The notes under the pieces: model-generated
What the model was told of the DNA's origin: nothing
Seen by the model: the letters and a program-made list of their open reading frames with translations, nothing else
Database searches by the model: none
Shown: one piece after another, positions 39,255-53,022 of the stretch
Numbering within the stretch: the first letter of the stretch is position 1
How the letters are laid out: every line of letters begins with the position of its first letter
Origin: the human T2T-CHM13v2.0 reference genome, Homo sapiens
Length of the DNA: 64,000 bases
Reading direction: 5' to 3' (one strand)
Assembly (NCBI RefSeq): GCF_009914755.1
Contig: NC_060929.1
Program-made: the position numbers and the translations under genes

Positions 39255-40039
39255 TAGCTTGCAGTGGCTAGAAAATGTAATTATTTTACTTCCTTGAATA
39301 ACTACTTTTGCCTATAAAAGTGGATTCTTTATCACGGCACTTAGGTTACTTTAAAATCTTGTCCTAATTCCCTTCAAATCTTGTCTCTAGCCCCTCCAAA
39401 GATACTTCTGGTCATACTGTTCTCACTCTCTGGAGTATGTGTTACAGATAATGAAGTTTTAGACCCAACCAATTTCTGCCTCATGAAATCATTCTCACTT
39501 TTCAAAGCTCAACATGTAGTAAGAAATGTGTAATATGACCTCCAGTTCTTCCTTCCACAATTCCAAACATCTTATTCACACTGTCAATAAAGCATTATCT
39601 CAGGGTTAAAATAATAAAGCAACTGGCTTTAAACACATTTCTCCCCTTATCAACTACCCCTTCCCAGCTATTTGAGGTTGGGGGTCTCCATACCATTTAC
39701 TTTAATCATCATAAAATTAACATTCATGTTTTGCTTGACCATTTGCCAATTTCTTTACATCCATTATTTTATTTGCATTTCATAACATTTCTGTTAAATA
39801 AATTTTTTGTCAACCCATTTTATTGATAATGAAACTGCAAACAGGGAGGTTTACTGGTTTGCTGGTTAATGATGAAGCTGAGATATGAACCTAGATGCTG
39901 TGATTTCAAATCTTATGATTTTCCTGCACTGATTTACAAGACATTGACAGGTGCTCAGCAAATGCATATTAAGTGATTAATATTAAGTGAATGAATAACT
40001 GGTGAGAAAAGGCCTCATGGTCTCAAATAATGGTCTCTG

Positions 40040-40590
40040 GTCTATGCTTGCATCTTGAATCTGCTTCTTGCTATCTGAACAATGTCAGACAATATATCTA
40101 ATCTGTCTGAGCTTCCCTTTCCTTCTTTATCACATGGGGAAATCATACTGCCCTCATATAGGGGTGTGTGTGTGTGTGTGTGAACTCGGTGATATGAAAT
40201 GTGTAACGTGTCCTCACCAGTGTGTGCACAGAGTAAGTCCTCATTATATGTTTGCTTCTTAATTTTGTGGGAGGCAGTCATTTTGTTATTCATTGCATCT
40301 GAATTTTATGCATAAGCCTACCTGTGGAGGTTACATTTATTCCTGAGATTTTAATCCTCTCTCATCTTCAGTGAGAAACAGTAAGAGAGACACTATATGA
40401 TGATAGTTAAGAACACAGGGTCTAGGCAGCCCTGAGTTCAAAACCTGATTCTCTGCCTTTGTAGCCTTGTGAGTTTGGCCAAGTTACTCACTCTCTCCAT
40501 GCCTCAGTCTCTTCTTCCATAACATGGAGAACATGCCATTTAGAATTATGCCTGGTGTGTGATAAGTGCCATGTATTTGGGGCTATTACT
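40040..40590 (+). mobile_element. Two adjacent MIR SINEs (one with an internal (TG)n)
   Basis: ctgagttcaaaacctgattctctgcc...ggccaagttactcactctctccatgcctcagt. Confidence 0.7.
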
Positions 40591-42094
40591 TATGTTATGG
40601 GGGCACAAAACTAATAATAGGCATGGTTAGCACAATAATGAAATATTTGTCCTTTGTGTTTCTCAACCAAAATTGATGACTCTTGTAATATAGGATCAAC
40701 AGTAAACTGGGACCTTGTCATTTGCATTTGGAATAGTAGGTAACAGTAATTAGATGAGCATTTGAAGAATACATGAGAACTCACATATAGGAAAACAAAG
40801 TAGGAGTGTGCATTTTGTATTTAAACATAATGAAGCATCAGCTCTTATGTATTTATGAATGGAGAAGGAAAAAAGGTCATTCGACTTTTGTTGAGCACCG
40901 TGGATTACTATCTTTGATGCTGTCATTTGAAATAACAAAAACTGCCTCTGCCTTTCCCCAGCCCTACTATTGAACAGAAAGAACTGGAAGGAGAAAGAGT
41001 GCCATCTTTTAGAAATGGTTCGTCTGAGTCATAGTTATCCCTTTTGAGTACCACATCAAAGGCTCTATTTCACCTGAGAAATCTCATACGCATTTCAAAA
41101 GTCAAACTGTAATAACAAAACCTACACTACCTAAAATGTCAAAACATCAAGCAAGATGTAACAATCTCTCTCATATCCTAGTCTCATACATATTGGTGTG
41201 AGTTAAGGACAAAGGTACTTTTGACTTTAAGACAGTAAGAAATGTGAGGTCAGTGTCCTTGGGAATAACTAGAAACCAGAGATATTTATTGCCTAGAGAC
41301 AACGTTAAGATGATCTCAGAAAGGTTTTCTTTGGAATGGTGGAGATTAAGTGGCAAGGCCAGGTATTCTTGTTACCAAAATAAATACTGCTTAAGCAACA
41401 GCAAACATGGGAGAGGGATGACAGAAGAAGGGTTTCTCTATCCCTTTGCTGGAGCTAAAGTAAAACAGGCAAATGATTTTGAAGGCTCAGCATTTAAATC
41501 TACCATATAGGGTTTAACTATTGGTGCTGTACTGCTGTCTGTTGATAGAACTATGCCTTCTCCTGAAGCTTCAAACTTTAGTTGATATCTCAGGTAGAAA
41601 GTGTGTTCTTCAACATCTTTCATAGCTTTGGCAACACTGATCACGTTGCTGAAATGCCTCCTCACCGGAGATCTTACCACCTGTGAAATTCTCCTCAACC
41701 CTGCTCTCTGCCTCTGAATTCCTGGACAGAATTAGAGCTGATATACAAGAACTCCCAAAGGCAAGCCTGCCCAGACAGTTTTTAGGTTGGTAGTTCACTG
41801 TCCAGGGGACCCAGCTGCCACTATTCTACAGGCCTTTTTCCAAGGGTAACACAATAATCACAATAGATAATAACAACAGAGAATGTACTATTTTTAGCAT
41901 TTCATATCCATTGTCTCATTTGATTTTTATTACTATGCCGGATAAAGCAATGGTGCTAAGAGAAGTAACTTGCCTGAAATTTGTATTTTTATCCATTATA
42001 ATTCGTTGCCTCTCTAGGATCCAATGGCCCCTTAGTAAAAAATACTGATGCTTTAACTCTAGGTTCCCAAATGCCATTTAGCTCCCCAAGCATC

Positions 42095-42310
42095 GTACTG
42101 TGGCAAAAACTACATGCACTTTGAAATCAGATCTGAATTTGAATAGGTTCTGTTACTTGCCAGCTAGGGGACCTTAAGCAAAGCTTCTTACCCTCTCTGA
42201 GCCTGCAACACTCAAAAAGGATTACAAAGCACTCACATATTAAAATGAGTTAATGAATGTGAAAGCACCTAGAACAGAGTTTTGAAAATAGTACATGCTC
42301 CGTAAATATG
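42095..42310 (+). mobile_element. MIR SINE
   Basis: ttacttgccagctaggggaccttaagcaa...aaatgagttaatgaatgtgaaagcacctagaacag. Confidence 0.75.
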
Positions 42311-43192
42311 AAATTCCTTTTTCTTCTTTCCCCTTTGAATACATGGGAGTTTCCTATACAATGCTTTGGTATTTTAATAAGATGGTCTTAATTTTACTCA
42401 TTGCATGCATCTTGAGGCCAGTGAAGCACTAATGCAATTATCTCTGTCAAGCCTTCCAGTTATTAAAACTAACAGCCATGACACAACCTTCTCAGTTCAG
42501 GCAGCCCACCTATATTTTTAATGGGAGTATTGGTATATTTACAGTCTCCATCAGAACAAAGTTCTGTTATTATTTTGACTCTAGGACCATTATTTTATGT
42601 GACAGTGACTTTGTCAGAGGAGAGAAAGGATGTGACTTTAACCCTGGTTTTTAAAAAAGAGCAATTTTCCTATTATAAACTAGTTAAAAACTCTTGTTGA
42701 ATAGCATATTGCAATTGATGTTTGGGGTAATATGCCAGTTTTAGCAAGAAATAACACGAAATAGAATGCTCCAAATTTATTATTTCTTTGCACCTGTGCT
42801 CACCCACTTATTTTCCTTCAGCCTTCATAGTTCTTCAGATATTTGATGAGTGGTGTAGGTGATGAATGAATGGCACATGTCTGTAAAACACTAAGCTCAG
42901 CTCAAGACCTGCAGATCTTCCTAGTGAACTAACCAAGTGGTTCAGTTGATAACACAAGTATAGTATCCCAATAGGTTTAGACCCTGCTCTGGACTCTGGA
43001 GAACATTGTATCTGTTTATGTCATTCTAAAACATAGCCACCCTGTTGCAAAGAGTTTCAAATTTTGGAGACCAGAGACCCCTTTGAGAACGACATGACTT
43101 ATAAATCTTTGGAAATGTGAGTCTTCGGAAAAATTCACAAACACACACACACACAAACACACACACCCCTTTTGGATGTAATTCCATAAAGT

Positions 43193-43440
43193 TCAGTATA
43201 GCCTAGTGATTAAGCTAAGGGCTTTGGAGTTAGATAACCTGGCCTAAAATAATGACCCTACTGCTATTTAGTTTTGTGACCTTCTTCAAGTCATTTAGTC
43301 TCTTTAAATTTCATTTTAAAAATGGGAATGAAAACAGTACCTATGTGATGAGTCTTTATGAGATTTAAAGGAGATAAAGCATGTGAAGTGCTCAGCACAC
43401 TGTATGACACTTACTAAATGCTTTGTACATTTTTGTTATT
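43193..43440 (+). mobile_element. MIR SINE
   Basis: cagtatagcctagtgattaag...ggctttggagttaga...aaaatggga...gtgctcagcac. Confidence 0.75.
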
Positions 43441-44465
43441 TTAAGGGAGTTACAGATCTCCAAAGCTTATTTGTGGGCAGCAGATTAAGAATTTCTGCTA
43501 TGAAAAGAGGACAAAGTTCAAACCAATTAAGGACCATCTGCCTACCATAAAAACAAGATCCTATTGAAGTTAAATAACTATCAATAAAAGGGCATTCAAC
43601 AACTAGGTCTGCTACCCTGCCTGGCCCTGAGCAAGTAGGACAATGGGTCCAGCCATGTCCCTGTTCTTTCTGAGGAGTGGCAACTGTGCCTCCTACTGCA
43701 CCCGCCTGTACCAGCCATGGCTGAGAACTTGGCAGTCATGGATGCTCTCTACACTTGACTGAAAAAGAAAACAGCTTCTTGGCTGTCTGAGCCTTAAAAG
43801 GTGATTGTCCTATTCCTGACATATTCTTTACAAAGTTCTAGGTGTAAGAAAAGGCTGTTTCAGGTTTTAATGAGAGAATATTTGTTAGAGAGAATATTTG
43901 TTAAGCGCCCAGCTTAAGGACACACACAAAACTATCAACAAATGCCATCTCTTTCCAAAGGTCAAGAGAGAGGGTAACTTTACTTGACGAAGTCACAGCT
44001 CTGGGAGAAATTCCACTGACACTCAGGGGACTAAGTTATGTAGTTTAACTAAATTTGACTTGAAATAAGTAGGCATTTAAGAGGGCTTTTCTCTGGGGAT
44101 TTTACACATATTTTGCTGATGTTGTATTTTAAGGTATCCTATTTTGGTCAAAGTAGATTCTTTAGCCAAATCAGTACATTTTGAAATGACTAAAATATCT
44201 AGCAGCCAGCAAGTTCAGATACACTGATCTTTAGGAGGAAATAGCCACAAATTGAATAGTACTTAAAGAATTCTGTATCATTTTGCTTTGTTTCAGAAAG
44301 ATTATCACAGGGAAAAGCTTAGTTAAGTGACTTTAATATTAATATATTCATTTCTGTATTTCCAATATCTAGCATAATTCTCACACCAGGTATAGGAAAG
44401 TGATAACTATTTATTGAATGAATTTTCTATATATGTATGTCAATATCCATTTTTAAGAACTCCAT

Positions 44466-44582
44466 GGTCAGGCATGGTGGCCCACACATGTAGTCCCAGC
44501 TACTCAAGAAGCTGACATTGGAGGATCACTTGAGCCCAGGAGTTTGAGTCTGTAGTGTGCTATGATCAGACCTATGAATAAA
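44466..44582 (+). mobile_element. FAM-like (fossil Alu monomer, 7SL-derived) SINE, 3'-truncated
   Basis: tgtagtcccagctact...gagtctgtagtgtgctatgatcagacctatgaata, matching the FAM-specific CTGTAGTGCGCTATGATCGCGCCTGTGAATA segment. Confidence 0.75.
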
Positions 44583-45019
44583 CTAGGTGAGGGGAAATTT
44601 ACTGTGCAAATACCTGCTATGGCTGATACAAGGTGCAGATTATAGCTCTATGGTGGCCTGGAGAACCTCACACTTCTTAATGGGTTCTCTAAGCAGGTGA
44701 CCAGGAGAATCACTATTCTATTTTTGATAAAGTTTCACTGATCTTTTTTCAACTAGTCTTACCAAATTCTCTGAGCAACACCTGCTGCATTTGATCTCAA
44801 CTCAATTTCAACTCCACTGGGGTGCATGGGTGGGAACAAGAGAAAAATAAGGGAAATATTTAAGTAAATGAAATTTAGCAATGTCAGAAGAGACAGCAGG
44901 ACAAATTGCAATCAATAATCCACCAGCAATGCTAATCACTTAAAATTGTACATTTACATTTTCCAATGCAGGAATAATGATATCAATATGAATACCAATG
45001 ACAACAGTAACGATAATGA

Positions 45020-45200
45020 GTTCACATTTATTGAGTATTTACTGTGTGCTGTAGACTGTGTTAAATCATTTGCATGGCTTATTTCATTTAATCTCACAAG
45101 AATCCCAGGTGGAAGAGACTGGCATTTCCTTTCCTCCTTTATAGATAAGGAAACTGAGGCAGAGAGGAGTTAAATAAATTATGGACAGATGTAGAGCCAG
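45020..45200 (-). mobile_element. MIR SINE
   Basis: catttattgagtatttactgtgtgc...tttcatttaatctcacaa...tagataaggaaactgaggcagaga. Confidence 0.82.
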
Positions 45201-45249
45201 TGTCAGAGCATCAACATAAGAATTCTCCATCGTTATACTGGCTTTTCTC

Positions 45250-45412
45250 ACAATATGGCCTTAGAATTACCTGGGATGCTTGCTAAAAATGATTAGCTCT
45301 CAGTGTTATCTAAAGCAAATGAATCAGGGTCTTAGGGATGAAGATCAGGACTCTACATTTAAGAGACAGCAGGCACAGTATTTCTTACTTACATCACAGT
45401 TGGAGAACCAGT
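45250..45412. mobile_element. MER5-like DNA transposon
   Basis: ttagaattacctgggatgcttgctaaaaatg...tgaatcag...gttggagaaccagtg. Confidence 0.6.
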
Positions 45413-45803
45413 GTCTGAGCAGTATGAATTTCACAGCCTGATACTGCTACATGAACCAGATTGAGTAAAATGATTCTCGTTTTTACTATAGAGTCGTATA
45501 AGAGAGAAAATATATCACAACATTAAAGAGAAACAGTAAAATCACCTCAACTATTGAAATCATTTCAACAGAGGACTCAACTTCTGAATTGATCATAGAG
45601 ATATAACTGCTTTTGACCAGCTTTAGAAGGCAGATTTTTGTATTTGTCTCTCATATGGAACTGGGGCCTCAATTTCCCATTTGTAAAACAAGAGTGTCGG
45701 ACTAGACAAAATTTTATAAAACTGCAGGTTTAAATATTAATAAATATATAAATGTTTTCCCTTTTTTAAAAAAGAGAATTCACTATACAATTTCTTAAAA
45801 TAA

Positions 45804-46110
<307 letters not shown>

Positions 46111-46506
46111 AACTGTTTTTTTATATGTAGGCTTAAAATTTGTTGTAAAAACTATCTGGAAGTATATTTAGTATGTCTTGACAAGTTTAGACACCATTTA
46201 AACTCTTTGACCCAGTAATAGCATTTCCAAAAATTTTGCCAAAGTAATTAACCAGAGATACAGATTAACATTTCTTCTACAAAGATGCTTAGTGAACCAC
46301 TACAATAAAGAAAAAAGAGGAAAATTTAAAATGCCCAACAATGAAAGAATGGCTAAATATTGAATAAATCATTTTATTACATGTAAAATGGATTCCTATG
46401 TCACCATTAGAATATCAGATTTTTCTAGAATCCTAAATGACACGAGAAAATACTTCTTAAAAATGTCAAGCGAAGAATGCAGAATAAAAAATTATATATA
46501 TATACA

Positions 46507-46783
46507 GGCTGGGCATGTTGGCTCATGCTTGTAATCCCAGCACTTCAGGAGTTCAAGACCACCCTGGGCAACATGGTGACACCCTGTCTCCACTAAAAAT
46601 TCAAAAATTAGTTGGGTGTGGTGGGGCAAAACTAAAATCCCAGCTACTCAGGAGGCTGAGGTACAAGAATCACTTGAACCCAGGAGACGTAGGTTTCAGT
46701 GAGCCAAGATTGTGCCACTGCACTCCAGCCTGGGCGATAGGGCGACTTCATCTCAAAAAATAATAAATAAAAATTTTAAAAAT
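46507..46783 (+). mobile_element. AluS-like SINE with a left-arm deletion
   Basis: ggctgggcatgttggctcatgcttgtaatcccagcactt|caggagttcaagacc. Confidence 0.9.
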
Positions 46784-46829
46784 TTAGAAATAATATATGT
46801 ATACACACACATATATATATACATATACA

Positions 46830-47032
46830 TACATTTTAATGGTCATATATATCCTATTATGTGCCAGATGAATATCAGGTAGGTCTCTCTCTCTATATAC
46901 ACACATATATGTATACGTGTACACACATATGTATACACATATATATATACATATATACACATATATACACATACATGTATGTACATTTACATATATACAT
47001 ATATATGTATATATATGTGTATGTATGTGTGT

Positions 47033-47090
<58 letters not shown>

Positions 47091-47146
47091 AGACCGACCT
47101 GATTTCATCTGGCACATAATAGGATATATATGACCATAAAAATGTA
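46830..47146. repeat. Long inverted repeat: ~60-bp arms around a (TA/CA/TG) spacer that includes a (TG)n microsatellite
   Basis: 46830-46890 is the reverse complement of 47087-47146 with 3 differences. Confidence 0.95.
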
Positions 47147-48044
47147 TATATATATATATATGTGTGTGTGTGAGCATGTTTGTGGGGTATGTGTGTATAT
47201 GCTTTAAAGGTTTATTCAGGAAATAAACCAACACGTTTTAATGATGGCTATCCCTGGAAGCTGCAATGACAGGTTATGTGTATTTTATAAAATATTAATA
47301 AATATTGGAATATTTATTGGGAATTTTCTGAAGTTCCCAATTTGTCCACAATGAACATGTGTTTATTTTGTAGTTAGAAAAACATGTTATTACAAAATAA
47401 TTCAATAGGAAACTACTTTTAGAAATGCATTTATGATGCAAGGTGAAGCATATCTGCAACATGCTTCTTGCTGACAAAGAGGCCTCTGAAGCAGGCCTCA
47501 CCAATGTTCCCAACGATGGTAAATTTGGCAATAATTGTGTTGTTAGGGGAGCTCCAAGCTTAAATGCTGCAATTATGAGCTAGGGTACACAAGGACATGT
47601 TGGAAGTGACAGGCAATATCAGCTTCCTCCAAAATAATGGTCAAGCGAATATGTGCTTTTGCCCAAAAAGGAAAGTAGCACAGCTGTAACTGGATATTGT
47701 AAATAAGTGGTCAAAGGTTCCCTAAATAAGCAATATCATATAAGCCTCCTTGAGGCATATTTTTTCCTTCTGGGAGCCGTGTTAGGCTCACAGACATGAA
47801 GGCAGCCAGGAAACTGTTATCTGTTTACTTCTAATTTATTTTTATAACTGTCCATGCCAGCAACAACAACAACAAAAATGTTTCTAGGAGAAAAATAAAT
47901 TTGGCAATAAACTCTCTGAGTTTTTGAAAAATCTTACCAAATCAAAAACTTCTACTTATCATGTTGCTGTCAAACCCAGCCTCATAAAAACTTTACTTAT
48001 AATTGAGTGTATGTATGTCTATCTGTACTGTAACCTTGATACTT

Positions 48045-48235
48045 GGCCTCAAATCCTGGTTCTGCCAGGAGCTTCGTGCCTTTGGGAAGATTTCCTAGCC
48101 TCTCCACATCTTGCTTTTCTTATCTTAAATGTAGACAATATTATACCATGCAGGGCTCTGTGAGGTTGAATCAGAAAATGCCACTAAACTGCAAAGCACA
48201 ATCCCAGGCACATTGTAAAAATGGAAAAATCAGCT
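48045..48235 (+). mobile_element. MIR SINE
   Basis: ctcaaatcctggttctgcca...ctttgggaagatttcctagcctctc...gggctctgtgagg. Confidence 0.7.
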
Positions 48236-51109
48236 TGATTCCATTCCCCTCTTGCCATACAAGGATATTTCAGGTCTCTCAAAAGCGTTTCAAGGAATAG
48301 AGGAAGTAGTCAAACAAGTGTGTGTGTGTGTCTGTGGGTGTTGGTGTGTGATGAAATATACATATAAATATTATATATAAATGTATATATTATATATAAA
48401 ATATTTGTAAGGATGGAATAACTAGTATCTGCTTAAACAACAACTACACTTCGAAAATCCTTTATTTTTCCTGATGAGTTTTGTTCAGGTGAAGATGTTC
48501 ACTGGTAAAAAGACAAGGCAATCCATTTCTTTTCTACAGTGTCAGCTTTGTTTGAAGGACACAATGACATCTATTCAGAAAGGTACCAACCATTTTGCTT
48601 TTAAAATACTGAGGCAAACCTCTCTGAGGTTTCTTCAAAGCCAATGGCAACAAACATATTTCAGCATCTGTTTTGCTTCACTGTAGGTCTGTGTGTGGGT
48701 AGGTTATAAAATAAAAATGAGCTTGCCATTACAGATACTACTTAAAAACCAAAAAACCTATGATCATGATGTTGATAATTCTGTATTCATTATCCTAATA
48801 AAAACACATAAATGTCTAGAAAGAAATAGACAATTATGTATTAGGCCTTCCATCTCTTATTTAATAATAGCAGTGTCATTGCTCTAGTTAAAACCCGCTC
48901 TGATCTTAATAAATCTGATGTAAAAACATATCACCAGATGGGGACTCTGTTAATCTTATGCGATACTTTCAACTATGATGACTAATAGTTCTATAATTTT
49001 TATATGGTTGCTCTTATTGAGGAAAGAGTAACCATTTAAGGGAATCTTCCACCACTGTTCTTTGTTGAAAGGAAGGCTGGATCTACATGCATGCCAACAT
49101 ACTACTGAAAAGTAAATATGCAATCCAACTATTCAACAATTTGGAATCATTGCAATTTTTATAGTTCCAGATGGTGATCTTTATCCAGATGAAGTGAGAC
49201 TATTTTACTACTTTGTCAGAACTCTACAACTAAATATTTATAACCCTCAAATACACAGATACATTATCACAGTGTGTGTGTGTATATGCACATGTGTGTA
49301 CACACTTTTATAGAATGAGAATGAACTAGGTTTTGTAAAAGTTTCAGTTACAAGCCACATGCCTATGTTACACATTCTGTCTGTAAACTACCTACACCCA
49401 CACACATATACATTCATGCACCAATATAATATGGTTTTCAAAATCATGTCACATAGTTGATCTCATTTTATCTCAACAGGAACCACAGTCTAATTGAAAT
49501 AAATGCCTCTGCCATGAAACTAAGTCAGTTAGTAACTGTAAAGGAGTTGATTTACAGGAATATCTCTATTCCATGGCCTAGCTAACTGAACTCATTAATG
49601 ACACATGTTATGTAATGCTTGTTAAATTAGTGAATGCTCTTACATTGAAAGACACATAGTAAAGTGCTGAATTTCAGGAGGTGAGCTAGTAGTTTCAATG
49701 TTTGTGGGCACCATTTAATGCATAGGAAGCCTGCATTTATTGAGTAAAATTTAGAGAAAAAAAGAGGCCCTGCCCATTGTAACTCAAGATTAAGGGCAAC
49801 TTCAATTTCCCAGAGCCTCCGTAATGGGCACTTTAGGAGAGGTGAATATGGTTTGACTGGATAGAGTACAATGGCTTTTTACATTGATAAAATTTGCTGT
49901 ACAATTGTTTACTGGTGAACTTTTTAAAAATGGAAATAGAATGTAGGCTTCATATGTTACTAAGGATACCCTTGATTATGTAATAGGCACTTGCATTACA
50001 AAAAATGAAAATGGCTGAATAGGTAGCCTGAGCCATAGTTTCTGCAACCTGTTCTCCTTTCCAGTGTTATTAATCACTTGAACCTCACCTGCTGCTCTGG
50101 CTCCTCCTCCTTGATCTTTACAGATATGACTTTAGGCAGAAACAGATTCAGGAGCCCAGCACCACACCATCCTGCTGCAGTTAACTTGAACATACGTCTT
50201 ATCTCTGATTACTACTGGCTTCTGCTTTAATTCCCTGTGCTTATCTTCCGTCCCTGAGACTCCAGTCCACCTGGCCTTCCAACATAGGCTTAAGATACTC
50301 TCTTCCTGTCCCATCCATGAACTGCAAGCTGGTGTATAGAGCTTCCTGAAGTCACATGATCCAGACCAGTGATTACCAATTTTATTGGATACCGTATCTA
50401 TTAGCAAAAAAAAAAAAAAAAAAAAAAAAAAGTGCAAGCACCTCCATTACGTATATTTATTTTCAATAAGTTATGTTCTTGCACTATTATGTCAAAATAT
50501 TATCTATTTTACAAAATACAAGAAAAAGAAAATTTGTGAGCGGATAAGAAAAAATATAAGATTTTATTTCCATACCTCAATAAGTTGTCCTGTTCACGCC
50601 TGGGCATATGTCTAGGAATTACCTGTTCTGAGCCACTTTTTAGGAGACTGTTATGTTTTGCCCCCAAAGACTAGTCAGGGCACACTATTGCCAATATGCC
50701 TGGCTAGATGGAGCTTTTCCTAGTGCCTGGTGAGTGGTTCCTGCTCTTGCATCTATCTGCCACCTTACCCACCTACCACCCAGTCCCATCAGCCTCTGCT
50801 TCATCCCAGTGAAAGGGCTCATTGCGGATTCCAATCCTTATCATTTTGTCTTATGCTACTGTAATTAAATAATCAACTCCCTGGGACAAGAAAAGGTAAA
50901 AGTTTCTTCAGGAGTTAGCAAATGGCTACAAGCAATAAAAAGGTTTAGAAGGCAAATAGAAATTTAGTTACATCATTGTTATAGTTGTAATGTAGTATGT
51001 TTCTCTCAATGGGTTGCACCAGAGTTCTTTTTTTTCTACTTGTTTCTATTGAGATGTTATTTGTAAAATGTAATTTATATCTGAGGTGTCTACACATGAT
51101 AGATGATAC

Positions 51110-52140
51110 ATAAAATTTTATCTGTGACACAAAGCAATAAGCAAAGTAGGGCACATGTAACAAATGGTCCTGAGACGTATAGTGGGAAAAAATAAACTTG
51201 TATCCCTACCTTATATTAAGATAAATTCCAAACAGATTAAGAGCTAGGTTAAAAAATCACAAATACGGAAAATGTAGCTAAACATTTATCTACTCTTAAG
51301 ATAAAAGCCCTCAAATTATTAAAGCAAAGAAAGAAGTTACAAAAGAAAAAAAATCAATAAATTTGACTGTATAAAACACCATGAACAAAAGTAAAAAGGG
51401 GACTAAAAATTGGAATATATAATTACAATAAATGTGAGCTGGAGAAGGTTCATCTATCTAATACATAAAGAACTCTTGCAAAAAGTAAAAAACTATGCAA
51501 CCCCAATAGAAAATAAGCGAAGAGACAAACAGAAAATTAACAGAAGATAAATGGCTAATAAAAATATTAAAACCATTTTTATTCACACCAGTAGTCCAAA
51601 AGTGTTAAGTAAAACAACACTGAAATACCACTTTAACCTAATATGTGGATAAAGATTTTTTTTAATGAAAAACATTTCCTGCAGCAGCACAGTAAGACGA
51701 GAACTCTCAAGCAGTGTGGCTTGGAGTGTAACCTGGTATAACCTTTAGAGAAGTATTTTTTGCAACATATATTAATAGTCTTAAAATAGTCATATTCTTT
51801 GACATAGTTATTTTACTAAGGAAATATTCAGAGATAAGCCAATGTTTCAGTTCAAAGATGTTCCTTGCTGATAATTTTAATAATTGGGAAAAGCTAGAAA
51901 CAGCCTGAATATCCAATAATTGGCAAATACATAAGTTACAAAATCTTTTTAGGGTGAAACATTTTGTATCCATATAAGTAATGTTTGAAATAATGTTAAG
52001 TGATATGGAAAAATGCTCATGATAAAATGCTAAATTAAAAAAAGAAATTAAAACTGTACAATCCAGGTAATTGCTATTAGTATCATACTTGCTTGGAAAA
52101 AGAATAGAAGAAAATAACTAAGAATTAGCAGTGATTATTT
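51110..52140 (+). mobile_element. Ancient L1ME/L1M LINE fragments
   Basis: aacaaatggtcctgagac...ataaattccaaacagattaaga...ataaatttgactgtataaaa. Confidence 0.6.
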
Positions 52141-52206
52141 GGGAGTGTGTTGAGGTTATGAGAAATTTATATTTGTATTTTTATTTTTTCTATACGTGTG
52201 TCGTAT

Positions 52207-52502
52207 TGTGTGTGTGTGTATATGTGTGTGTGTATGTTTAAGAGTCTTGTTCCATCACCCAGGGTGAAGTGCAGTGGTGCAATCATGGCTCACTGCACCC
52301 TGAACACAATCCTCCCACCTCAGCCTCTTGAGAGCTGGTACTACAGGGACACACCATAAAAAAATAATTTTTATTTTTTATTTTTTGTAGAGACAGGGCC
52401 TTGCTTTGTTGCCAGGCTGGTCTCTATTTCTAGGCTTCAAGCAGTCCTCTCACTTTGGCCTCCCAAAGTGCTGGGATTTCTGGCATTCCACCATGCCTGG
52501 CC
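52207..52502 (-). mobile_element. AluJ-like SINE with a (TG)n tail
   Basis: agagtcttgttccatcacccagggtgaagtgcagtgg...ttggcctcccaaagtgctgggatt. Confidence 0.87.
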
Positions 52503-52568
52503 TCTTGCTAGGTTTTTAAAGAAACCTAGAATGCACATAAATTGCCTTTATAATAAAAACTATTTTAA

Positions 52569-52890
52569 GGGCTGGGCATGGTGGTTCATACCTGTAATCC
52601 AAGCACTTTGGGAGGCTGAGGCAGGCAGATTGTTTGAATCCAGCTTGGGCAACATAGGGAGACACTGTCTCTACAAAAAAAAAACAAAAAAAATTAAAAA
52701 AAACAAGCCAGGAGTGGTGGGGCACGCCTGTTGTTGCAGCTACTCATGAGGTTGAGGTGGGAGTATCGCTTAAGCATGGGAGGTCAAAGCTGCAATGAGC
52801 TGTGATTGAGCTACTGCACTCCAGCTTGGGTAACAGAGCAAGATCCTGCCTCGAAAAAAAAAAAAAGAAAGAAAGAAAAGAAAAAAAGAA
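52569..52890 (+). mobile_element. AluJ-like SINE
   Basis: ggctgggcatggtggttcatacctgtaatcc...ctgcactccagcttgggtaacagagc plus A-tail. Confidence 0.9.
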
Positions 52891-53022
52891 TATGTAAGGG
52901 TCATTGTGCCTTGAATATAAATATTTTGTAGATTATATGACAAGAATTTTAAATTAATGTTTTCCTATTTGGATAAAATATAAAGATGTCCAACAATAGA
53001 ATGTAGTTAGAAGCTGTGAAAT

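Noticed and set aside
46784-47234. YI/CV/HT-rich ORFs
   Set aside because: Dinucleotide repeat translations
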